This document shows positions 28,140 through 36,759 of a stretch of 64,000 nt of DNA, piece after piece. The stretch covers positions 62,001 to 126,000 of the forward strand of contig CM074821.1 of NCBI GenBank assembly GCA_037447605.1. The letters are read 5' to 3'. Position numbers and translations under genes: made by a program. The notes below the pieces were generated by a model that ran no database searches, had not been told where the DNA came from, and worked only from the letters and a program-made list of their open reading frames with translations. Every line of letters begins with the position of its first letter. Position 1 is the first letter of the stretch. Source of the DNA: Zygnema circumcarinatum SAG 698-1b. Its lineage: Eukaryota; Plantae; Zygnematophyceae.

Positions 28140-28690
28140 TGATGTAGCACAAGATAAGTGGGGTTGAAAGGAGACTGCTGAGCTAGTTGCAGGTGCTGTA
28201 CGGCCACTCGCGCGTCCGTGCTGAAACTGATGAAGGGTTGGGTTGGTGCTGTGGGTCTGCCTGCAGCATAGAGCCAGGATCCGGGGGATNNNNNNNNNNT
28301 CTCTCTATCTATGGCATGGAACTCTCTCTCTCTCTCACACTTAGCATCTGTTGCTGGAACTGAAGAGGAAGAAGAGAAGAACAAGACAACAAACCACACA
28401 GCAAATACAAATACTAAGCCCAGCACTAAAAGACAAACAAGCATCACTGACATCCCATCTACTTAACACTGACAATAGATCTTGAGCCTTAGCAGTGACA
28501 GCCCCTGATTGGCCAACTGCCCACTGAGTGGCCTGACTGACTGCGTGGAGCCTTCGGATTGGTCAACTGCTGACAATCGGCGGCATGTTGCGGCGCTTCC
28601 GAGTGCGCCTAGCTGGATGGTGTGCTGTTCCGTGGGCCGCCAACACCTAGCGCCGCCTTCTCGCATTTTCCGTCGGCAATTCCTGGATCA
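28140..28690. mobile_element. Putative solo LTR
   Basis: Begins TGATGTAG and ends CTGGATCA (TG...CA with imperfect inverted ends); 4-bp direct repeat GGCC on both sides (28136-28139, 28691-28694); contains a CT-rich stretch and an N gap; no coding remnant. Confidence 0.65.
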
Positions 28691-28981
28691 GGCCGGTCCG
28701 TGACACTGAATAGGAGTATGGCAAGTACAACTGAACGGACGCGGATCCGTCGAACGCAGCTCCGTTACGCTACACCGAGCACGAGCAGACAGCGGAAACC
28801 AATCGAACGCATTTCGCAACGCCAACGCCAAAACGACCTAATTTTGGCATGGTATGACCGTACGACCGTACGGTCGTCAATTGTTCAAAACGAGTGGGTA
28901 TAATATATGTAATAAAGTGTTTTACTTTGTAATATATTACTAATTTTAAACCCGTTGTAAAGTATATAATATATTCGGAAT

Positions 28982-30242
28982 GGGGGCGACTATTTACAGT
29001 AGGGCGTGTCAGACTTAACAAAATGTTACGAATATCGAGTTTTTAGTATTACGAGAATCGAGGTTACTAAGTACTAAAAATCATCGCGCCCCCGAACCTA
29101 AACCGAACCGAACGGAAGTCCACTGTACTAAGTCAACGGGTCAACGTTGCGAAGATTGACCCGTGGGGTTTACTGAAATTGCATTTCTTCGAACGATTTT
29201 GTTCGCACCCAAAAGAGGCGCCGAAATGGACGTGCGAAGAAAATACTGGCGAGAATCGCGTCAACGTGACGTCATGGTTGTTTTCCCGGCTTCCCGCCCG
29301 CGCCCGCGCCCGCCCGTGACGCGCAACACGACACAACGACAAGCGGTCTCCGCGCGCCGCGCCGGCGCTGTTTCTAAGTCTGAGGGCCCCGCGCGAGGGC
29401 GAAGTTGCGAAGACGGCGTTTGGAGAAGTGCGAAGACGGCGATCGCGGAGTGCGAACAGGACCGCGCCGCGAGTGCGAAAAACTAGGCTCGGGAATTTTA
29501 GTTTTACTGACGTTGACTCGAAATGTTACGAATATCGAGTTTTTAGTATTACGAGAATTTTTTAAGTCTGACACGCCCTAGTGTACGTTTTCTGAATGTA
29601 GTGTACGTTTTCGGGGGGCAGCAAAAAAATCCTTTTTTTGGCTGCCCGGCGCTGTTTCATACTTTTCAGAATAAATACAGACCTTTTTTCGTCGGATGTA
29701 CGGATAGTGATTTGAAATGTACGAAGCCTGCGCGTCTACAAGGTATAAGGGCGCAACACGTGGAGCGACATGATTGGTCGCGGCAACATATGACGTGACA
29801 AGTATGTTTGGGACCGTGACGTGACGAAACGAGACGCGACAAAAGTGGAGTCCGCGGACGGCAGTCGGAAATGGCGGGAAAAAAACTGACAGATTTTTCC
29901 TGAAACACGCTACGTTATGTGCCCTATCGTTTTCTGTCAGTTTTAATCCCCGCCATTTCCGACTGCCGTCGCGGACTCCACTTTTGTCGCGTCTCGTTTC
30001 GTCACGTCACGGTCCCAAACATACTTGTCACGTCATGTGTTGCCGCGACCAATCATGTCGCTCCACGTGTTGCGCCCTTATACCTTGTAGACGCGCAGGC
30101 TTCGTACATTTCAAATCACTATCCGTACATCCGACGAAAAAAGGTCTGTATCTATTCTGAAAAGTATGAAACAGCGCAGGGCAGCCAAAAAAAGGATTTA
30201 TTTGCTGCCCCCCGAAAACGTACACTGTAAATAGTCGCCCCC
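28982..30242. mobile_element. MULE-like foldback element (almost entirely TIR) with 9-bp TSD
   Basis: TSD ATTCGGAAT at 28973-28981 and 30243-30251; ends GGGGGCGACTATTTAC / GTAAATAGTCGCCCCC; arms ~29600-29893 and 29933-30242 are near-perfect reverse complements around a 39-nt loop. Confidence 0.9.
29001..29579. mobile_element. MITE copy 1 (AGGGCGTGTCAGACTTAA TIR, AGT TSD) with internal cargo
   Basis: TIRs at 29001-29018 and 29562-29579; AGT at 28998-29000 and 29580-29582; 38-bp direct repeats at 29021-29058 and 29521-29558. Confidence 0.88.
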
Positions 30243-30371
30243 ATTCGGAATTTATAACGCGGCCCATCCCTATTCCGGACTAGGGATGGACGAAAGTCCG
30301 TACAAGGGCCTTTAGAGTTAAAATTCAGTATTAGAACGTTCTAATATTTAAGAGTTTCAGAGTTTTAGAAT

Positions 30372-30850
30372 GGATAATTCTACTGCACCCCCGCGTTTTG
30401 GCTTTCGCACTACCCTTTTGAAATTTTTGCCTGCCCGTTTTGGTTACCCCCCTTTCTTTGTTTTCAGGCTAGGATTGTAGACCCCCTAATTAAGGCAAGA
30501 TCTGAAGTTGTGGCCTGGTTGCTTGCAATTGGAACTTTTTTTCCCTTCAGCGTACTCGAAATGGCTCTTGTCCCGGCTGATTGCCAAACTGCGCGGTTAG
30601 TAGGTCGACCTCGTTTCTTCATAACCGGGTGGGGGGTTTGCAACTGCAATGGTTCGGCAGCCAATCAATGTAATGGTTCATCTACCTGAGATGCAAGGAC
30701 CAAGGGGGAGCGGAGGGGAGGGGACGGGAGGGGCGGGAAACAGATTCCCTCCCGAAATGTTCAAAACAGAGGGGGTAACCAAAACGGGCAGGCAAAATTT
30801 TCAAATGGGGGGTGCGAAAGCCAAAACGCGGGGGTGCAGTAGAATTATCC
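30372..30850. mobile_element. MULE-like MITE with ~90-bp TIRs and 9-bp TSD
   Basis: TIRs GGATAATTCTACTGCACCCCCGCGTTTTGGCTTTCGCAC... and the matching inverse; TSD TTTTAGAAT at 30363-30371 and 30851-30859. The interior - strand peptide LQTPHPVMKKRGRPTNR resembles the P...GRP motif of MuDR transposase C-termini (weak). Confidence 0.88.
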
Positions 30851-31099
30851 TTTTAGAATAGTTCCAGAATTACCGTACTACCGTTGAAGTTGAACAACAG
30901 CTGTACGATCTCAAAATTAGGTTAGGACGTTAGTTGGCCTAACGAATGGAGCTGGGCCAGCTGGCCCGTCGGAGAGGCTGCCGTACGTTTGTACAATTGT
31001 ACGGTATGCCTTAAAGTGTTTTGTGTTTTGTTTCCCTGACTAAGAATTTTCACTTGGAATTCTAAAACACGACCCAACACGACACTGCCTTATAATAGG

Positions 31100-31399
31100 G
31101 GAGAACTATATACCGCCCCCCTTTTTTGGTTATCCCGCCACTGTTTTTTTGAAATCCGACCCTCCCATTTCGGCTATTCTGCCCCCTGTTTTGAAATATC
31201 CCCCCCCTCACCCATTTTGGATATTCCCCCCCCCCCCCGTTTTCTCCTTCTCACACATCAGCGCAACGTTCGAGAGAGAGAGCAAAGGAGAGAACGAGAG
31301 TGAGCAAAGTGAGAGCAAAGGAGAGAGAGAATAGAGTAGAGAGCACAGGAGAGAGCAAAGGAGAGAGAGTAGAGGAAAGAAAGACTAGAGGAGAGAGAG

Positions 31400-31449
<50 letters not shown>

Positions 31450-32269
31450 CAGAGGAGAGCGAGAGAGAGAGAACGAGAGAGAGAGAACGAGAGAGAGAGC
31501 GAGAGAGCAGGGTGAGAGAGAGAGAGCAGAGTGAGGGCAAAGGAGAGAGACAGCAGAGGAGAGAGACTACAGGAGAGAGCGAAGGCGAGAGAAGAGAGAG
31601 AGAGAGCAAAGGAGCGAGAGCCAAGGAGAGAGAGTGTATAGAGGAGAGAGAAAGAGCAGAGGAGTGAGAGTAGAGGAGAGAGAGACTAGAGGAGAGAGCA
31701 AAGGAGAGAGAGAATGAGCAGAGGAGAGAGCAAAGGAGAGAGAGAGAGTGAGTAGAGGAGTGAGAGCAAAGGAGNNNNNNNNNNNNNNNNNNNNNNNNNN
31801 NNNNNNNNNNNNNNNNNNNNNNNNNNNNNNNNNNNNNNNNNNNNNNNNNNNNNNNNNNNNNNNNNNNNNNNNNNTGGGCAGGAGGGGAGGGGAGGAAGGG
31901 GAGGAGGAGAGGAGGGCAGGAGGAGGGTGGGCAGGAGGGAGGGTGGGCAGGAGGTGGTAGGAGGGGAGGGAAGAGGGAGGGGAGGGGAGGAGGAGGAGGA
32001 GGGAGGGAGGGAGGGAGGGAGGAGGGAAGGAGGAGGGAGAGGACGGGAGGGGAGGGCAGGGAAGGGGAGGGAAGGGGAGGGGGGAGGGGAGGGGGAGGGC
32101 AGGGGAGGGTAGGGGAGAGAACGGGAGGGGCGGGAAAGCGCCCAAAACAGGGCATCTCCCCGAAATATCCAAAATGGGGGAGGGGGGCAGAATAGCCGAA
32201 ATGGGAGGGTCGGATTTCAAAAAAACAGTGGCGGGATAACCAAAAATGGGGGGCGGTATATAGTTCTCC
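31100..32269. mobile_element. MULE-like element with ~150-bp TIRs, 9-bp TSD and a GA/polypurine interior
   Basis: TIRs GGAGAACTATATACCGCCCCC... and ...GGGGGCGGTATATAGTTCTCC; TSD TATAATAGG at 31091-31099 and 32270-32278; the interior is (GA)-rich then G-rich with a 100-N gap. Confidence 0.88.
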
Positions 32270-32275
32270 TATAAT

Positions 32276-32409
32276 AGGGCGTGTCAGACTTAAAAAATTC
32301 TCCTACGTTTGAGACCAGAACGAGTACTTCGGTGAAATCGCAATCCTGGTGCGGCGGAGTACTTACAAATTTTTTTTTTCGTAAGATTTCGTTAAGTGTG
32401 ACACGCCCT
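32276..32409. mobile_element. MITE copy 2 (134 bp), same TIR family as 29001-29579
   Basis: AGGGCGTGTCAGACTTAA...TTAAGTGTGACACGCCCT; flanks AAT/ATT; interior is an inverted homologue of copy 3. Confidence 0.85.
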
Positions 32410-32816
32410 ATTGTCCGTCCCCGTGCCGGACGGCGGCCGCAAGTTGCCCGTCGGGTGACTTTATCACGACGCCAGAATGACTTTATCCGACAAGACTTTA
32501 TCGCTCATATCGGTGTGATATTGCATATCGCGCGGTATTGTATGGCACTCCCCGATACAATACGGTACGGTCGAGTGCGATAGCAGTCGGGGCGGGCGGC
32601 ATTCAAGGTTGGGCTCCCTTCCGCCGCCTTGTTGAGATGCGTGCAAACCCGAGCATGCATGGGGTGCTGCATTCCAACGACCGACTTCACTCATCATGGA
32701 TAGTCGTACGGATGAAGCTCCACAGAGACTACAGTACCACCCCCCCCCCCCCCCCCCCCCNNNNNNNNNNCCCCCCCCCCCCCCCCCCATATTTTCGCCT
32801 TGTTTCAGCAAATATT

Positions 32817-32951
32817 AGGGGGTGTCAGACTTAACAAAATGTTACGAACAAAAAAGTTTTGTAAGTACTCCGCCGCACCAGGATTGCGATGTCACCAAAG
32901 TACTTGTTCTGGTCTCAAACGTACGAACATTTTTTAAGTCTGACACCCCCT
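32817..32951. mobile_element. MITE copy 3 (135 bp), ATT TSD
   Basis: AGGGGGTGTCAGACTTAA...TTAAGTCTGACACCCCCT; ATT at 32814-32816 and 32952-32954. Confidence 0.88.
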
Positions 32952-33727
32952 ATTGGGCGAAAATCTTGGAATTTGCAAATATAAGGACGTCCGTGTTAAA
33001 CAATAGGCGGGCGGTATTATGTTAGAGTCCGGCCTGCGGCCGTACTGTTTCTCTCTGTACGGCGGCGCATGGCCGCTCGGCGACCCCTGTCGCGAGCTCC
33101 TATTGGTTCCGTATATTTAGCTCACGACCTCCTATTGGTGCCGTACATGTACCGTATGATTTTAAATTTTTTTCCGTATTTACCGTACAGCGAAAGAGCG
33201 TGACCTATGTTCGAAATTCGTTCCGATCAACAGATTTTGTATTGCAAAATAGGTCAGGTTAGGTTAACACCCCTAATAACAATTAACACAGAATTACCGT
33301 ACTAAAAGTGGTTTCGGCAAAATCAGGGCGCATTTCTTGGGGAACGCAATTACGAGGGTGAAAAATATTAGGGGTGCTTACTGTATGACATGTAAGCCAA
33401 AAGCAAGAATCAAAATCAATTTCTAATTCGGACGACATGGCATCTCATGAGCTCAAGGTGCATTATATATATCTTTCTAACCAACAAACTCGTATATAGC
33501 TTTGCCGTAGAATTCACTGCAGAACCGCGGAGCCCTGCAAATCTACCCTCAATCGTCCTCTTCTCTTTACACATATCCTGCGCGAGCATACTTATGGGAG
33601 CATCAGGGAAAGGGAATCGAAGGTTTCAGCTTCTGAGCTTGCTCATCCTCAAAAAGGCGGATTAGAGACAGCTTGTATTTGATGCCACAAAACTTGGCAG
33701 TTGCCAGGGGACTGCAGTCTGTACTCA

Positions 33728-34828
33728 TTATCCGCGCGCTTCTCGCCGCGTCGCATCGTGGAGGATGTCGACGTCCACTCCATCTGGCGGCAGCACAACA
33801 TATCGGACCACCGATCCTCGAATGAAACAGTTCTTTACCGACAACTGCAATCATGACATTCGAAAGGGATTTTGTTAGGTCGTTTGCAACTGTCACCCGT
33901 GCCTGTACTACATCCCTTTTAAAAATCAAAATCATTACTCTCCGGACAATGGAGTCAAGGTCAGCATCTGCTACACCTTTTTCTGTAATACCTAGCTTAA
34001 ACACCAACACCCGCTGCTCTCACTGCTATGTCCTAAACACTCGTCACTTTGGCATTAAAATCTACATTACATGGTTGTACGGCTTCAATTGGGATAACAA
34101 TTCCGCCCTTGGCAAGGTAGATCTCTCTAAACCCGACCCAAGAGAAGCGGTCACTTATTCCTGATCAAATGCAACGAAGACCGATAAGCAGAAGGACTAC
34201 TCTTCCTCCCCTCATTTAGCCTTCACATTTCCTGGCCGATTAACGACATCTACTTGCACTAGCAAGCACTATCATCATCTTTATAAGGAAGCTACATACA
34301 CCTGCATCGCCAAATACTGGATAAAGCTGCAGCATCTCAATCATATATTTTCCCTCATCTAAATATGCTGAAGGAAAATGAAGCATGAAAGACACGTTAA
34401 TCTTGAGCACCTCAAGGACACCGGCTTACCATGTGAGGGTATTTGGCTTCGTCCACGACACGAGTATTTTCAAGCTTTATGTTCAGATATTGGTCCACAG
34501 AGTGCAAAATCCCACTTATTGCAAGGTCATTCTTCAGCTCCACGGTCACTTGCTTACCCACCAGCTCCTTGAAATAGGAGAAAAAAAGCTGCGCCAGCAG
34601 AGAATACAACGACAGATAGAGCAGTCAGCCACCTGCCTACCTGGTATGAAAATAAAGCTGCAGCAACCGCGAATAATTCTAAAACGCGATCACTCAGCGT
34701 ATTCGCTTGGTTACAGCCCTATCGCTCGCCTACTTCCAACCCAAGTTGGAAAGTTGGCCAGCAGATACGTAGCCAGGAATACATACGATCAAAACTGCAA
34801 ACAAAAGGGCATACATTATACTCACCAT
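33728..34828 (-). CDS. LSM2: U6 snRNA-associated Sm-like protein LSm2; exons 34826-34828, 34430-34588, 33728-33844 (92 aa)
   Basis: Spliced product M-LFFSYFKELVGKQVTVELKNDLAISGILHSVDQYLNIKLENTRVVDEAKYPHM-LSVKNCFIRGSVVRYVVLPPDGVDVDILHDATRREARG*; both introns are GT-AG and phase 0. Confidence 0.97.
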
Positions 34829-35006
34829 GGCTGAAGAAGGAGCAGAGCCGCAGAGCTGCTTGATGCGGACAGGTATGGGGCTTGTCTCTTTTGCTCTGCC
34901 AGGGGCCGCCCTGGAGAACGGCAGCCAGCAGGAGGGACGGAAATCCTAAACGGGGAGGGAAAGGCGATTCGCTGAACGCGCTCGGCGCGGTTCGCGTTGA
35001 CTGGCT

Positions 35007-35042
35007 TTAGGGTTAGGGTTAGGGTTAGGGTTAGGGTTAGGG
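35007..35042 (+). repeat. Interstitial telomere-type array (TTAGGG)6 in the LSM2/DPH1 divergent promoter
   Basis: Six perfect TTAGGG units, preceded by one extra T and followed by degenerate ttagaatagggtt. Confidence 0.95.
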
Positions 35043-35145
35043 TTAGAATAGGGTTAAAAGGAGCTTTTTGGGTCACAGGTGGACGGATTTCTCGTCCGAC
35101 TAACCCTTTGCTTCATTCTTTGACGGCAATAGCTGCCCGCCAGCA

Positions 35146-36759
35146 ATGGCTGCCACGGAGGCAGAAGGGAAAGCAGAGGGGATGGAAGCCCACCTTCATG
35201 CTACACCTGAGAGGAGCGAGGTGGAAGCCAGGGCTGTAAGGCACGTGGCAACAAGCCAGCGCCCCTCCGCCGCTGCTCCCAAGCGCTTCATCCGGCAGCA
35301 GGTGCCGCGGGACATACTGGAGAATCCTGCTCTCCAGGCAGCCATGGCGGCGCTCCCTAAGAATTACAGCTTTGAGATCCCGAAGACAGTATGGCGAATC
35401 CGGCAGGCAAAGGCCAAGCGGGTCGCTTTGCAATTTCCTGAAGGTCTTCTTATGTTTGCATGCGCGATTACCGACATACTTGAAGCTTTTGCGGAAGTGG
35501 AGGACTGCATTATTTTGGGGGACGTCACCTATGGCGCATGCTGCATCGACGACATGAACGCATCTGCTTTGGGAGCTGATTTTTTGGTGCATTATGGGCA
35601 TAGTTGCCTTGTTCCTCTGGATCACACACGCATTCCCTGCTTATATGTCTTTGTGGACATTGCCATAGACGTTCCAAATCTGGTGGAGACAATTCAGCTT
35701 AACTTTAAACCAGAGGAGAAGCTCGCTGTTGCAGGAACTATCCAATTTGCTACAGCGGTGCAGGCTGCAAAAGCAGAATTACTTAAGAAGGGCTATTCGT
35801 CGTTGCACGTTCCACAAGCCAAGCCTCTCTCCCCTGGAGAGGTGCTAGGTTGCACAGCACCAGTTCTTCCTGGTGGCTCTGTGGATGCAATTGTGTTTGT
35901 AGCCGATGGGCGCTTCCATCTGGAAGCTATTATGATAGCTAACCCGAAGATACCAGCATATCGTTACGACCCCTTCACAAATGTATTGTTTAAAGAAGAA
36001 TATGATCAGGCCGGTATGCGTAGAGCTCGTCGGAATGCGATAGAAAATGCAGCGAGAACTTTACAAGGCGGTAGGCAAGCCGATATGGTTCAAGATTCAA
36101 TCGTGAAGGGGAATTCTGCTGCCCCGATGCACTGGGGCATTGTTTTGGGCACTTTGGGACGCCAGGGAAATCCGCGAGTGCTTAAACATATTCAAGGGCG
36201 TCTACAGGCTCAAAAATTACCATATACCGTCTTTCTTCTATCTGAGTTATCGCCTTCAAAACTTGCAATGTTAGATGAGACTATTTCTGTTTGGGTGCAG
36301 ATTGCCTGTCCTCGCCTCTCAATTGATTGGGGGGAAGCTTTTTCTGTCCCCCTTCTCACTCCATTCGAAGCAGAAGTAGCACTAGGGTTCGTGTCACCTT
36401 GGTGGAAGAGTGCTGGTAGTGGGACCAATTTTGGTGTAGCGGGTGTTAGTCAGTCGCTTAACAATGGGCTTTCATTACAAGAGAAGTCACACGCGCGGAA
36501 AAGCGACCCTGACGTACCTGGGGATCCGAAGGTGGAAGCGAATGGAGAAATAGGTGATAATGCAAGTGACGAGCTTGGCCACTATCCAATGGATTATTAT
36601 GCACGAGATGGAGGCCCATGGAATTCATCATATACAGTTGGCAAACCGGGCGTTACTGTGAAGCGACCCGGGCTACGAGCGGCAAGCGTTGCAGCTACTA
36701 GTGTTGACGCACCTCGGCAAGGCATTTCTCTGAACGAAAACGCGGCGTCTGAAGTTTGA
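35146..36759 (+). CDS. DPH1: Diphthamide biosynthesis protein 1 (2-(3-amino-3-carboxypropyl)histidine synthase subunit 1), single exon, 537 aa
   Basis: [98 protein letters not shown] and YPMDYYA motifs, including the three Fe-S cysteines. Confidence 0.97.
   Translation: MAATEAEGKAEGMEAHLHATPERSEVEARAVRHVATSQRPSAAAPKRFIRQQVPRDILENPALQAAMAALPKNYSFEIPKTVWRIRQAKAKRVALQFPEGLLMFACAITDILEAFAEVEDCIILGDVTYGACCIDDMNASALGADFLVHYGHSCLVPLDHTRIPCLYVFVDIAIDVPNLVETIQLNFKPEEKLAVAGTIQFATAVQAAKAELLKKGYSSLHVPQAKPLSPGEVLGCTAPVLPGGSVDAIVFVADGRFHLEAIMIANPKIPAYRYDPFTNVLFKEEYDQAGMRRARRNAIENAARTLQGGRQADMVQDSIVKGNSAAPMHWGIVLGTLGRQGNPRVLKHIQGRLQAQKLPYTVFLLSELSPSKLAMLDETISVWVQIACPRLSIDWGEAFSVPLLTPFEAEVALGFVSPWWKSAGSGTNFGVAGVSQSLNNGLSLQEKSHARKSDPDVPGDPKVEANGEIGDNASDELGHYPMDYYARDGGPWNSSYTVGKPGVTVKRPGLRAASVAATSVDAPRQGISLNENAASEV

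Larger units (their letters stand above)
27775..30272. mobile_element. Non-autonomous hAT (Ac/Ds-like) element carrying nested insertions
   Basis: TIRs TAGGGATGG (27775-27783) and CCATCCCTA (30264-30272) resemble the Ac/Ds terminus YAGGGATG. Flanks are CTCCGGAC (27767-27774) and TTCCGGAC (30273-30280), a 7/8 match for an 8-bp TSD. Inverted CCGTAC-rich subterminal blocks lie at ~28097 and ~28856. Confidence 0.75.

Noticed and set aside
29001-29579. Tc1/mariner (Stowaway-like) reading with TA TSD
   Set aside because: Empty-site reconstruction against the host foldback's intact arm fits a 3-bp AGT duplication, not TA.
31385-32220. Leu/Ser/Pro-rich ORFs
   Set aside because: Simple-sequence interior of a MULE-like element spanning an N gap.
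32741-32788. Poly-C tracts (also 54336-54372) as G-quadruplex regulatory elements
   Set aside because: Both straddle N gaps, so their true length and context are unknown.
33265-33380. Small inverted repeat CACCCCTAATA/TATTAGGGGTG as another MITE
   Set aside because: Imperfect ends, no second copy in the window and an ambiguous TSD.
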